From: an uncultured Candidatus Poseidoniales archaeon
GTDB taxonomy: Archaea > Thermoplasmatota > Poseidoniia > Poseidoniales > Thalassarchaeaceae
Assembly (NCBI GenBank): GCA_905182515.1
Contig: CAJJBW010000007.1
Location: forward strand, 17,025-81,024
Direction: 5' to 3'
DNA length: 64,000 bases
A program made the position numbers and the translations under genes. Below are positions 10,703-21,410 of this stretch, piece by piece. How positions within the stretch are numbered: the first letter of the stretch is position 1; every line of letters starts with the position of its first letter. The notes beneath the pieces were generated by a model that was not told the DNA's origin, did no database searches, and was given only the letters and a program-made list of their open reading frames with translations.

Positions 10703-13700
10703 CTACTCCTCAAAGAGTGCTTCTATGTCTTCATCATTTAACACGTCATTTACCGATAGTTCTTCATTTTGCATATCATTTAATTGAATCGGGTTCTCAC
10801 CACTAAAGTTCTGAGAAATAACGGAATTTTCCGTTATTGGTTTTCTAAACCCTGTAATTATACCTAATTCTTCTTGAAGTTTTACTTCACTATTGTTGCC
10901 CTCTGTTGATTCGAAAAGTGAATCAATATCAGAATCGGCAATCTTTGGAAAGGAAGGTTTGGTTGCCGTATTTTTCATATATCGGGTTGTCAAAACTAAG
11001 GCACTTATTAATATTAAAACTAATAACAATATTGAAGAAGAGTTTTCTTTTACACTAGTTCCTAGGTTAAATGGTGCCTTATCTACATCTACAACCATGG
11101 TTATTGAATTACTCTCTGATTCATCATAAACTGTGAGTTTTACAACTTTTTTACCTTCATTATCATACCTCACTTGTATCCACCTGCCCATCATATCCAC
11201 ATCATTAGAAGGGTTGCCATCTCCATCAGAATCAAATGAAGTATCAGTATCCCAATGATAAAGCATATTTTTGATATCATACTCAGAATCAATAGTTCCA
11301 TTTGCAGATAGTGATATAAATTCTCCTTGTAATGGTTTAATACTATTTATTGATGCTATAGCCGTAGGTCTTATATTTCTTACATCTATACTTATTTCCA
11401 CATAATCCATACTACCATCATCATCAGTTACATGGAATACTATGTAATCTGGGGCTGAATCTGCATCTTCCCACGCGTATGATAAAAAAGTAGAATTAAA
11501 ATTACAGTCATCATTACTATTGCCTATAGCGTCGGAATTGAATAAAGGATCAATATCAAAACATGTCACTAATGACTCAATATCATTTGCAGTATCCAAT
11601 ACACCAATCTCAAAAAATAACTCTTCTCCCTCTTGGACCGGTAACCTAGGACTTATAGATATTATAGAGGGGGCAATATTTTCAATTTCAATAGGTATAA
11701 TCAAAGTATGTTGATTATTATCAAATGTCGCGTATGCTTCATCATTATCTAAGATTTGTAATGTCGCTAATTGGAGGCCAGAAATTCCATAAGTATGATT
11801 TATTTCACCCATTATCCCTTCATTGATGTACTCTAATTCGGGATTATTCTCTGCATCAGGTGCCCAAATATAACGTAAGTTATCGATATCATTTGCCGAA
11901 TCAGTAGCCCATGCTTGCAGAGTTATCAAATCGCCCTCTTTTGCCATATAGACGCCTCTATTATCCGGAATAATTTTATTAGGGCCTGCCCAAACTTCAA
12001 TTTGTGGATCGAAAGGAGCGATATTAGTAACCATGACTGAGAGATTATTATGAGTAATGGCCCCATCATCATCGACTGCTGAAACACCAATAGTCAATTC
12101 CCCCTCTACGGTTGGAGTGATTGTGCACTTAATGCCTATTTGCCCCTCTTGGCAATTAGCATTATCCCACATGATATCCACCGGAGAATTTGGAGATTGA
12201 GTATCTAAATCGATTCTTTCAGTAATCTCAAATGTTACTTGAGAAAATACTTGAATGGTTGAATTATCAGAAATTAATGTTATTTGAGGGGGCCTATTTA
12301 GAACTCTAACTGATGATTGAATTGATGATTGGTCACTTTCTTCATCGATAATAGTCAAGGATATTTCGAATTCTCCATCGTCTTCCCACATCATTTCATA
12401 AATACAATCTTCTTCGAAAAATGTTCCATATATATTTTCTGAAATTTCTATATAAAATTCGCAGATGAATTCCCCTCCATCAGAGTCAATAGAGGAAGTC
12501 CCACTCAATATTGTTTCATCCAATGTCAGAAATTCTAATGAATGATTAAGGATAGCAGTAGGTAACGAACCAACAAAAAGTGAGAACGAACCATAATTAT
12601 TTGATTTATTTCCATCTTCATCAAAATTTTCATCCGGGTCTACTAAGAATTCCAAGTATACAGAACCAAATGATTGAGAAATTGGGACCGTCCAATTTAC
12701 TTCTATTCTCGCTTCTTCCAAGCTTGCCAATGGGATTACAGAAGCAAAAACCCTATTACCATCAGGCGAATCTATTCTTAGTACCGTTGAGGGAGAAGTT
12801 GATAGCCCTTTATTGACAACTGGGATGGAAAAAACTAGCTCATCCTCATGGTTAGCCGTGAAACCTATATTTGGATCTAAAGTTATAGTAACATTGTTTC
12901 TTGTTCGCTGAACTGTGACACCTTCTGTTCTTGTTACTAAGTCTATTTCATGAATATCATAATTTGTACTTACAGAAACTGCCCCCAATATAGGGTTGCT
13001 GCTTTGTAACCAAACAATTATTCCATGGCTTGCTAAATCATCCTGAGAGGAAGAGCCGTCAGATTTATTGCCAGTATTAAATTCCAAATGGTAAGAGCCA
13101 TTATTATCCGTAGTTATGCTCCTAATATCGTCTTCAATTTCATATCTAAATTCAAGATCAGTGGCCGAGGCAAGGGCCCCTTGGTTAGTGACGTTTATCC
13201 ATGCTGAAATATTTGCACCTATAGGTGAAAGAGGGTATTCTATATCTATGCTAATTTCTTCATACCTGGTTGACGGCTGATATGCAGTCAATTCATGTAC
13301 TGCAATGAAGCCTACACTTTGAGTAAAGGATGACTTAATATCTCCTTTTATCGCTGGACAATACCATCTATATCCAGTTTCTTGGCCATCACTATCATAA
13401 GTAGTAATATTATAAGACTGGGTGCAACCAGTATAACTAACTCCAGAGAATCCTTGAGAAACTGTTTCCCATACCGACGAATTGTCATCTTCAGAATCAT
13501 CTGGAATATCAACATAATCACTAGAACCACTGTAAGTTGTTTCTTGATGATAGTTGGAAGTCCAAGATTCTCCAACATTTAAGGGGAAGTCTAGGCCCTC
13601 AAGAGCGGGAGAATACGTATTATTCACAACCAAATCAGCAACATCAACAGATATGCAGGTCCAAAAGAAATCGGCACAGAAATCAATTTCAATTGTGGCC

Positions 13701-14149
13701 TCTTGAGATACGACGGCCATATCGGATGCACGGATTATCTCGATTGTATTCATTTCTACAGAAATGTCTCCTCCTTGACCATCTAATTCTATGTTATCTG
13801 CACCATAAGATCCAATTGATTCAACCTTGTAAGTTATAGAAGATTGATTATCTATATTTGAAAGATATATTTCAGTTACCGTTTGATCTAGTGTCCCGTA
13901 AAGATAGTCCACAGTAGTAGAAATTCCAGATGAACTTATGAAACTCCTTACATCTAGATAACCGGAATACATCCAATTATCATTTATTTGCCAAGTTTCA
14001 ACATCAATTAGTCCCGAATGGGAAAATGTTTCTACCACGTATATTTTGCCTTCGTCTAATTCTTGATCATCAGTAATAATAAAAGTCTGAAAGACTTGCA
14101 AAAACATAATCAAAGAAAACAATATTGCAATACGACTAGTACATCTCAT
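10703..14149 (-). CDS. Large surface protein with CARDB and PKD-like Ig repeats and a C-terminal TM anchor
   Basis: Signal peptide; VDPDENFDEDGNKSNN (CARDB); repeated N(I/R)xP…VxDDDG PKD patterns; DSDGDGNPSND; TM segment near the C-terminus. Confidence 0.8.
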   Translation of the reverse strand: MRCTSRIAILFSLIMFLQVFQTFIITDDQELDEGKIYVVETFSHSGLIDVETWQINDNWMYSGYLDVRSFISSSGISTTVDYLYGTLDQTVTEIYLSNIDNQSSITYKVESIGSYGADNIELDGQGGDISVEMNTIEIIRASDMAVVSQEATIEIDFCADFFWTCISVDVADLVVNNTYSPALEGLDFPLNVGESWTSNYHQETTYSGSSDYVDIPDDSEDDNSSVWETVSQGFSGVSYTGCTQSYNITTYDSDGQETGYRWYCPAIKGDIKSSFTQSVGFIAVHELTAYQPSTRYEEISIDIEYPLSPIGANISAWINVTNQGALASATDLEFRYEIEDDIRSITTDNNGSYHLEFNTGNKSDGSSSQDDLASHGIIVWLQSSNPILGAVSVSTNYDIHEIDLVTRTEGVTVQRTRNNVTITLDPNIGFTANHEDELVFSIPVVNKGLSTSPSTVLRIDSPDGNRVFASVIPLASLEEARIEVNWTVPISQSFGSVYLEFLVDPDENFDEDGNKSNNYGSFSLFVGSLPTAILNHSLEFLTLDETILSGTSSIDSDGGEFICEFYIEISENIYGTFFEEDCIYEMMWEDDGEFEISLTIIDEESDQSSIQSSVRVLNRPPQITLISDNSTIQVFSQVTFEITERIDLDTQSPNSPVDIMWDNANCQEGQIGIKCTITPTVEGELTIGVSAVDDDGAITHNNLSVMVTNIAPFDPQIEVWAGPNKIIPDNRGVYMAKEGDLITLQAWATDSANDIDNLRYIWAPDAENNPELEYINEGIMGEINHTYGISGLQLATLQILDNDEAYATFDNNQHTLIIPIEIENIAPSIISISPRLPVQEGEELFFEIGVLDTANDIESLVTCFDIDPLFNSDAIGNSNDDCNFNSTFLSYAWEDADSAPDYIVFHVTDDDGSMDYVEISIDVRNIRPTAIASINSIKPLQGEFISLSANGTIDSEYDIKNMLYHWDTDTSFDSDGDGNPSNDVDMMGRWIQVRYDNEGKKVVKLTVYDESESNSITMVVDVDKAPFNLGTSVKENSSSILLLVLILISALVLTTRYMKNTATKPSFPKIADSDIDSLFESTEGNNSEVKLQEELGIITGFRKPITENSVISQNFSGENPIQLNDMQNEELSVNDVLNDEDIEALFEE

Positions 14150-14187
14150 GCCCTCAACTAGAGGTCATGATGAATAAAACTTGGTTT

Positions 14188-14910
14188 CTAAGAATATAGT
14201 AAATCGGCTAATTCATCTTGGATGAATTGTACAGCTTCTAATATCTCATCTTTGTGTCTTGCACCAGTTATTACCATCTTTCCACTACCAAATATTAAGC
14301 ATACTACTTTAGGATAGTCTAATCGGTAAATCAATCCAGGGAACTGTTCTGGCTCATATTCCACTTTATCAAAAGGTAGATGGAAAGTCAGATTATTTAG
14401 ATTTAGTTTTCTAGGTAATGCAGCTAATGGTTCACCTGCTTTAACTCCCCTAATTCTAGGATCTTCTTCTTTTGTTTCTTTGTCAGTAGCGGCCCTAAGT
14501 GAACCATCTTCTTCCTCAATTATCTTACAATTGATATCATCCCTTTCAGCTAATTGATCATAGTCTTCTGGGTAGTATAATGAGTATGTTGCAACCATAT
14601 TTTGGACTTCGATTTCAACATCTTTTAAATCCCACGTCTCTATTCCTGCAGCTCTCAAATCCTCAGTCATTCTTTTGATTCCAGTGTGGATATTATCCTC
14701 ATTTTTCCCACCCGTACATACTGCTCTACCTGAACGGAACATAAGTATAGCAAGTTTTGGATCAACCACTCTGTAAACTACTCCAGGGAATTGTTCGGGC
14801 TCGTATTCACAATTCAATTGGATGGCGATATCTGGTAGGTCTAACTCTTCGGCGACTCTTGTCGATGCAACTACATTTACAACAGTCAAGCGTTCTTCGT
14901 CACTAAGCAT
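14188..14910 (-). CDS. tbp: TATA-box-binding protein with an acidic insertion
   Basis: Two YEPEQFPG repeats, NVVAS/NMVAT, FRSG/FGSGK. Confidence 0.97.
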   Translation of the reverse strand: MLSDEERLTVVNVVASTRVAEELDLPDIAIQLNCEYEPEQFPGVVYRVVDPKLAILMFRSGRAVCTGGKNEDNIHTGIKRMTEDLRAAGIETWDLKDVEIEVQNMVATYSLYYPEDYDQLAERDDINCKIIEEEDGSLRAATDKETKEEDPRIRGVKAGEPLAALPRKLNLNNLTFHLPFDKVEYEPEQFPGLIYRLDYPKVVCLIFGSGKMVITGARHKDEILEAVQFIQDELADLLYS

Positions 14911-14931
14911 ACAAGTGCCAGCATAATGTTA

Positions 14932-14939
14932 CTTATAAA
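14932..14939 (-). promoter_or_regulatory. Probable TATA box (TTTATAAG) of tbp, spacing consistent with a leaderless transcript
   Basis: TTTATAAG ends about 22 nt upstream of ATG 14910; no SD motif in between. Confidence 0.5.
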
Positions 14940-14988
14940 GGATATTTAAAAAAAATCAAATGCACTAAAGAGATTTAATTTGGAAGGA

Positions 14989-15960
14989 CTATACAATCCT
15001 TACGCCATTTGAACCTAATTTAGAAATTAATGGCGAGCCGCCAGCGATTTCAATTTCTTCTGCTACTCTTTGAGGATTTCTTGACAAGGCTACTATGCAT
15101 CCTCCTCCTCCGGCGCCAGTCATTTTAGCACCTAATGAATATGGCCTTACAGCATCCACTAGTCGATCCAGTGAGTGTGTACTGACCTCTAAATCTTGGA
15201 GTTTACTATGGCATGCATTCATGGCAATGCCTACTGCTTCAAAATTTCCTGCCGAGAGAGCAGATAATCCTGCCAAGGTGATTTTCGAAATCGAATCCAT
15301 AACGTTTATTTTATCAGGATTGGATTTTAATAAATTTGCAACGCCTTGCACCATATTACCCGTTGGAGAAGCATCCCCCGTAAATCCTAAAATAAGGTAA
15401 ATATCTTCTGATTCTGGAGGAATTATTACCTTGTTGATTACCCAATTACGTTCACCTTCTGGAGTATCTAAACTGGTTTTAAAAACATTAATTGTGCCCT
15501 CTACTTCTTTTCCTGAGACTACAATACACCCTCCGAGTGCACTTGCTGCCGTATCAGTTGGACTAGCCCTACCTCCTTGTGCTATTGCTTCTGCAGAATG
15601 TGCAATTTTAGCCAATTTTATGAGATTTAAGTCTTCATCTTTGTTCAAAAAATAATGTAAAGCAGCCCCCATTGCATTCGATAATGCTGCAGAAGAGCCG
15701 AGTCCCGCTGCCGAGAACAAGTCACTTTTAATTTCGATATTCAAAGGACTTCCTTTATATTTAAATAAGTCATTAATTATATGAGAAATATGAGGATGCC
15801 GAGAATGACTAAATGAGTGCCCATCTATCGTCCAATTCTTGGAATTTGTCAAAGAAACTTGAACTCCCTGATCGATGGCAACTGCAACTGCAGGGTGCCC
15901 ATAAACAACAGCATGTTCTCCAAAGAGGATACATTTTCCTGGTGCAAAGGCAGTCGCCAT
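14989..15960 (-). CDS. mvk: Mevalonate kinase
   Basis: APGKCILFGEHAVVYG, AGLGSSAA, KMTGAGGGGC GHMP motifs. Confidence 0.93.
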   Translation of the reverse strand: MATAFAPGKCILFGEHAVVYGHPAVAVAIDQGVQVSLTNSKNWTIDGHSFSHSRHPHISHIINDLFKYKGSPLNIEIKSDLFSAAGLGSSAALSNAMGAALHYFLNKDEDLNLIKLAKIAHSAEAIAQGGRASPTDTAASALGGCIVVSGKEVEGTINVFKTSLDTPEGERNWVINKVIIPPESEDIYLILGFTGDASPTGNMVQGVANLLKSNPDKINVMDSISKITLAGLSALSAGNFEAVGIAMNACHSKLQDLEVSTHSLDRLVDAVRPYSLGAKMTGAGGGGCIVALSRNPQRVAEEIEIAGGSPLISKLGSNGVRIV

Positions 15961-16091
15961 GTTGACGGGAAGAGTGCATAGGAGATTATCATTAGGGAAT
16001 TTGGAGGTAAATATCTTACAAAGCGATTGTTTCAATAGGTTTGTCTCCTCGCCTTAAGATTAGAAACATAACTAATACTGGAGGAAAAGAT

Positions 16092-18089
16092 ATGGAACAC
16101 CCTCTTCTTATTGATTATGGGCCATTCCCAGGTTGGTTTATACTACTTATTTTAGGCTCAGGGGCTGTTAGTTTTTTCATTTACCAAGTCAGTAAAGCAA
16201 CAAGGCTGGTTTTACTAGGTTCACCAGATGATAGATTCGATTCATGGGGTCTTCGATTTAAGGAATTAATGATTGGTTGGCTAGGGCAGAAAAAAGTTCT
16301 GAGAGACAAGATTGCTGGAACAATGCATGTGTTAATGTTTTGGGGTTTCTTGATGTTAGGTACTGACATGTTTGATTTGGCGACAGCAAATTTTTTCTCA
16401 AATAATATAATTCCAAATTTACTAGTTGGACCTTGGAATGGGATAGTTGAGTTAGGATATACTTCAGCGTTAATCGGAGCGGTTGCGGCACTGACGCGAC
16501 GAGTTGCTTTTACTCCCGAGAAGCTAAAAGGTAAATCCCAAGTAGAAGGGAACTTTATCTTGTTTCTAATATTGACAATAACATCTACTTCATTCATCAT
16601 TGAATCGAAAGAAAATCCACTTGCATGGGAGCCGATTGGAGTTTGGGTGGAAAGTATGCATGTTTCTAATTCTGTAGCAATAGTAGCATATTGGGCCCAT
16701 ATGATAGCCATACTAACATTCTTGATTTTGATACCTATGTCCAAACATATGCACCTAGTAATGGCGTTCCCTAACGTATTCTTTCACGATATTGAGCCAA
16801 TGGGGAAAATGAGGCCATTGGCCCTAACTGAAACTGGAAAGGCGGTATCACTTGAGGACTTGGATATCGAATCATTTGGAGTTAGCTCATATGGGCAATA
16901 TACATGGAGGCAATTAATAGATGGATGGTCTTGTACTTCTTGTGCAAGATGTCAAGATGTTTGTCCAGCATATGCTTCTGGGAAGAGTCTTAATCCAATG
17001 CAAATAATACATGACATAAGAGATTATGCAAATGAGCACGCCCCAATTTTACTCAAAGGCGGTCAGCCGGAAGAAACTATGATGGAACGTATAACAGAAG
17101 ATGCGGTATGGGCATGTACCACTTGTAACGCCTGTGTAGATGTTTGCCCATTATACATAGAACATGTTCCTAAACTTACTGATCTTAGAAGAAATGCCGT
17201 AATGGAGACAATGGAATATCCTGAAGCCCTAAATGTAGCATTTGGAAATCTTGAATCAGCATCAAATCCCTATGGATTTGGAAGTCATGAGAGAGCCGAT
17301 TGGGCCGCGGATTTAGATGTTAAAATAGGGGAACCAGCCGAATACATTTATTTTGTTGGTTGCGCTGCTAGTTTTGATGAACGTAATCAAAAAGTTGCAA
17401 GGGCGACAATATCTTTAATGCTAGAGGCTGGACTTGATGTTGGAATACTAGGTATGCAAGAAGGATGCTCGGGAGACCCTGCAAGACGAGCTGGCAATGA
17501 ATATTTATTCCAGATGTTGGCAGAAACCAATTTAACGACATTTCAAGAATTAGGTGTTGAAAAAATAGTAGCATCATGCCCACATTGTTTCCACACTTTG
17601 GGCAAGGAATATGGCGATTATGGAGGAGATAAATTGGAAGTATTTCACCATACTGAGATAATGGCAAAGCTGCAAGAAGAAAATAAATTACCCGCATTAG
17701 ATAAAAATGGTAAGAGCATAACATACCATGATCCATGTTACTTAGGGCGAATGGGGGATATAGTGGACGAACCAAGATCAGTCCTTGGAGGTGTAGATGT
17801 AGAAGTTGAAAGGCACGGTAAAGATTCATTTTGTTGTGGCGCAGGTGGTGCCCAAATGTGGATGGAAGAAGATGCCGATAAACGAGTAAACAAAATTAGG
17901 GCTGAAGAAATTGCTGCAACTGGATGCGATACAGTTGCCATAGGTTGCCCATTTTGTTCAATAATGGTAAAAGATGGTTTAGATTCTGTTGGTTCAGAGA
18001 TGGATGTAAAAGATGTTGCAGAGTTACTTTGGGAACAAATAGTAGCCAAGGATGAAGAAATTCAATCATCAAAAAGCTCAAATTCATAA
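16092..18089 (+). CDS. Membrane-anchored Fe-S oxidoreductase (FadF/GlpC/HdrD-like)
   Basis: N-terminal TM domain, two CxxCxxCxxxCP ferredoxin motifs, two CCG-type domains (YHDPCY, FCCGAGG). Confidence 0.9.
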   Translation: MEHPLLIDYGPFPGWFILLILGSGAVSFFIYQVSKATRLVLLGSPDDRFDSWGLRFKELMIGWLGQKKVLRDKIAGTMHVLMFWGFLMLGTDMFDLATANFFSNNIIPNLLVGPWNGIVELGYTSALIGAVAALTRRVAFTPEKLKGKSQVEGNFILFLILTITSTSFIIESKENPLAWEPIGVWVESMHVSNSVAIVAYWAHMIAILTFLILIPMSKHMHLVMAFPNVFFHDIEPMGKMRPLALTETGKAVSLEDLDIESFGVSSYGQYTWRQLIDGWSCTSCARCQDVCPAYASGKSLNPMQIIHDIRDYANEHAPILLKGGQPEETMMERITEDAVWACTTCNACVDVCPLYIEHVPKLTDLRRNAVMETMEYPEALNVAFGNLESASNPYGFGSHERADWAADLDVKIGEPAEYIYFVGCAASFDERNQKVARATISLMLEAGLDVGILGMQEGCSGDPARRAGNEYLFQMLAETNLTTFQELGVEKIVASCPHCFHTLGKEYGDYGGDKLEVFHHTEIMAKLQEENKLPALDKNGKSITYHDPCYLGRMGDIVDEPRSVLGGVDVEVERHGKDSFCCGAGGAQMWMEEDADKRVNKIRAEEIAATGCDTVAIGCPFCSIMVKDGLDSVGSEMDVKDVAELLWEQIVAKDEEIQSSKSSNS

Positions 18090-18120
18090 GCGAGACCATA
18101 ATATACCTTCTACTGGTAGG

Positions 18121-18519
18121 ATGAATATGGATAATGAGTTTACATTCATTGGCTTAAAGATACCAAGAATTGCCATAATAGGAGGAAGCTTACTAATCGC
18201 ATGGGGGATACTAGCATTCTTCATGCAAAGCTCTGATTCAAGATCTGTTACCGCCATGATACCTTCTTTCTTAGGAATGCCATTGTTTATTTTAGGATTA
18301 TTATCCGAAAAAGATATATCTCGTAAGCATCATTACATTCACGCATCTATGGCATTTTCCCTCTTGATGGTGCTAGGTGGAATGCGTATAATTTCTATCG
18401 AAGATCCATCAAAGTTGTTAATATCATCTCATTTAATATTAATTTCAGTTGGTTCATTATTTATGTTTGCAGGAATAAAATCTTTCAGACATAATAGATT
18501 ACTGAGAGAGCAGGAGTAG
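18121..18519 (+). CDS. 4-TM membrane protein
   Basis: Hydrophobic ORF with SVTAMIPSFLG motif. Confidence 0.7.
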   Translation: MNMDNEFTFIGLKIPRIAIIGGSLLIAWGILAFFMQSSDSRSVTAMIPSFLGMPLFILGLLSEKDISRKHHYIHASMAFSLLMVLGGMRIISIEDPSKLLISSHLILISVGSLFMFAGIKSFRHNRLLREQE

Positions 18520-18526
18520 ATTTCGA

Positions 18527-19213
18527 TTGAAGCCGATAATAGGCATCACTGCTTCAATAAATATTATTGATTATGAAACAGAAAATCAATCGGTGATTAT
18601 GTCTCCAGCAACTTATTTAGATGCTGTAAAAAAATCGGGAGGAGTGGGAATTATAATTTCCGAAGGAGAATATACTGAAGAATTATTAGGAATTTTAGAT
18701 GGATTAATTATTGCCGGAGGAAGAGACATTAGCCCGACATTATATGGGGAAGAAAATCATGAGCAAACAAAGGATATTGAAATTTCCCAAGATGAATGGG
18801 AAATGTTACTTATCAAAGGAGCAATCAAGAGAGACTTGCCTCTTTTGTGTATATGCAGAGGTCATCAATTACTATGCATCACAAGAGGAGGGACTTTGCA
18901 CCAACACCTTCCGGAAACTGAAGGATATGAAAATCATGGAGAGTCAAATGGTAAATGGTCAGAACATGAAGTAATATTAGAGTCAAATTCGCAAATATCC
19001 AATATCCTAGGAAGTAAAATCATGGTTAATTCTGGCCACCATCAAGGAGTTTGTAATCCTGGAGATTTGACAGTCGTAGGGAGAACTAATGATGGATTAA
19101 TTGAAGCATTAGAATTAGAAAGTCAAACATTTCTCATTTCTACTCAATGGCATCCAGAAATGATTAACCAATATACTATATTCGATTCTTTAATTAATTC
19201 AGCAAGAAGTTAA
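18527..19213 (+). CDS. Peptidase C26 / gamma-glutamyl-gamma-aminobutyrate hydrolase family protein (copy 1)
   Basis: KPIIGIT, CICRG, NSGHHQ, QWHPE. Confidence 0.9.
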   Translation: MKPIIGITASINIIDYETENQSVIMSPATYLDAVKKSGGVGIIISEGEYTEELLGILDGLIIAGGRDISPTLYGEENHEQTKDIEISQDEWEMLLIKGAIKRDLPLLCICRGHQLLCITRGGTLHQHLPETEGYENHGESNGKWSEHEVILESNSQISNILGSKIMVNSGHHQGVCNPGDLTVVGRTNDGLIEALELESQTFLISTQWHPEMINQYTIFDSLINSARS

Positions 19214-19239
19214 AAAAAGATATATGAGAGGTGAATGAT

Positions 19240-19959
19240 ATGTCTGCCGATAATGACCGACCAATAATCGGGATAACTTGTTGTATAAGAGAGTCGAGTT
19301 TTGCAAAATGGAAAATGGATGCGGCCATATTACCTTCAACATATACTTCAGCAATAGAAAAAGCAGGTGGAATTCCACTCCTATTACCTCCTTCTAATTA
19401 TTCAAGTTCTATGCTAAGCATAATTAGTGGATTAGTTATAGCTGGAGGGCCCGATATTAATTCTGAAAAGTATGGCCAACAACCAGATCCCACTGCAAGT
19501 GAATATTATCCGCTACAAGATGAGTCAGAAATATCATTAATAAAAGGAGCATTGGAAATGGACATGCCTCTACTTTGTATATGTAGAGGAATGCAACTTT
19601 TATCAATTATTCATGGGGGTCATTTACATCAGCATTTAGATACAACACCTGGCTATGAAAATCATGGTGCTTATGATGGTAAATTTAGTGAACATGAGGT
19701 AATTACTGAAAAGGGTTCTAAGATATCGTCATTAATGGGTGAAAATATCATAGTAAATTCAACTCATCACCAAGGAGTAGCAAATGCAGGGACGCTAATT
19801 CCAGTTGGACATGCAAAACAAGATGGTTTAATCGAAGCTGTTGAAAGACAGGATCTAAAATTCTGTATTGGTGTTCAATGGCATCCAGAAAGAATGAATG
19901 GAGAGCATGAGGTGTTATATTCAGAATTAGTTAAATCGGCTAAAAAGTGGCGTAAATAA
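19240..19959 (+). CDS. Peptidase C26 / gamma-glutamyl-gamma-aminobutyrate hydrolase family protein (copy 2)
   Basis: RPIIGIT, CICRG, NSTHHQ, QWHPE; GAGGTG upstream. Confidence 0.9.
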   Translation: MSADNDRPIIGITCCIRESSFAKWKMDAAILPSTYTSAIEKAGGIPLLLPPSNYSSSMLSIISGLVIAGGPDINSEKYGQQPDPTASEYYPLQDESEISLIKGALEMDMPLLCICRGMQLLSIIHGGHLHQHLDTTPGYENHGAYDGKFSEHEVITEKGSKISSLMGENIIVNSTHHQGVANAGTLIPVGHAKQDGLIEAVERQDLKFCIGVQWHPERMNGEHEVLYSELVKSAKKWRK

Positions 19960-19976
19960 CCTAGGAAGCATAATTT

Positions 19977-21410
19977 ATGGCACTAAAAATTCATGATACC
20001 CGATCTAAAAAAAAGCGAATATTTAATCCAATAGAAAAGGATAAGGTTGGCATTTATGTTTGCGGAATAACTCCCTATTCTCCAAGTCATTTAGGGCACG
20101 CTAGACAAGCGATTTCCTTTGATATAATTACTAGATGGATGAGAGAATTAAAATTTAATGTCACATACATTACAAATTTTACCGACATAGATGATAAGAT
20201 AATAAAAGTTGCATTGGAAGAAAATAAAGATTTTCTTGAAATTGCTAATAGAAATATCGAAGATTATTTCAAAGTAATGGATGCAATGAATGTATTGCGT
20301 GCAGATAAATATTCCAGAGTTACTGAAACAATTCCAGAAATAATAGATATGATTTCCATTTTAATAGATAAAGAAAACGCATATATTGGAAATGATGGCG
20401 TTTATTTTGAGATAGATACTGCACCAGAAAAGTATGGCCAATTAACTGGCCAAACGTTAGAAATGGTAAGGTCTGGCGCAGGAGGAAGAGTTGGAGAAAC
20501 AGGCGCTGGAAAGAGAGATCACAGAGATTTTGCATTATGGAAAAGCGCAAAGGAAGATGAACCATATTGGGAAAGTCCTTGGGGCAATGGTAGGCCTGGG
20601 TGGCATATTGAATGCTCTGCAATGTCATTAAAACATCTCGGAGAAACTTTTGATATCCATGGCGGAGGAAGGGATTTGTTATTCCCTCATCATGAGGCGG
20701 AAATATTTCAATCAGAATGTTGCCTAGGAATAGAACACGTAGTAAAATATTGGATTCATAATGGAATGATAAATGTAGACGGAGAAAAAATGAGTAAATC
20801 ACTTGGTAATTTTCAAACAATAAATGATACATTTGCAACCATTGAACCTTTGGCATTAAGATATACACTTTTGAATGCACCATACCGGCAGCCAATTGAA
20901 TTTAATACTACAATGGTTGAAGAATCTAAAATACATTATAACAGGCTGATAAATACATACTCTCAAGCATTTACTTTGGGAAAATTAGGAGATTGGAATA
21001 AATATGATTTCTTGTTATTATGTTCTGAAAAATTTATTTCAGGAATGAATGATGATTTTAATACAAGAGTTGCATTTGTAGAAGTTCAAAACGTAGTAAA
21101 AAGGTTACAAGAATTATTATTAGATGGTAAGGAAATAGAATATATTTCAGCAGCATTTAGTTGGTTAAACAAATTTGCGGGAGAAATATTAGGATTATTG
21201 CCATGTAATGAGGAAATAGAAAATATTTCAAAACATACTATTGATGCTATAGCAGCAATATCAGTTCGGGTCGAAGAATTACTAATCGAACGTCAAAAAT
21301 CCAGAGAAACCAAAAATTGGGAAAGGGCTGATTTAATCAGAGATGAATTGAATTCAATGAATGTGATAATCGAAGATAGCCCTGAAGGGCCAAAATGGAA
21401 AATAGAATAA
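19977..21410 (+). CDS. cysS: Cysteine--tRNA ligase
   Basis: YVCGIT…[26 protein letters not shown]. Confidence 0.98.
   Translation: MALKIHDTRSKKKRIFNPIEKDKVGIYVCGITPYSPSHLGHARQAISFDIITRWMRELKFNVTYITNFTDIDDKIIKVALEENKDFLEIANRNIEDYFKVMDAMNVLRADKYSRVTETIPEIIDMISILIDKENAYIGNDGVYFEIDTAPEKYGQLTGQTLEMVRSGAGGRVGETGAGKRDHRDFALWKSAKEDEPYWESPWGNGRPGWHIECSAMSLKHLGETFDIHGGGRDLLFPHHEAEIFQSECCLGIEHVVKYWIHNGMINVDGEKMSKSLGNFQTINDTFATIEPLALRYTLLNAPYRQPIEFNTTMVEESKIHYNRLINTYSQAFTLGKLGDWNKYDFLLLCSEKFISGMNDDFNTRVAFVEVQNVVKRLQELLLDGKEIEYISAAFSWLNKFAGEILGLLPCNEEIENISKHTIDAIAAISVRVEELLIERQKSRETKNWERADLIRDELNSMNVIIEDSPEGPKWKIE

Noticed and set aside
14416-14577. Intein or intron in tbp
   Set aside because: The insert is too short, has no Cys/Ser start or His-Asn end, stays in frame, and shows no evident bulge-helix-bulge.
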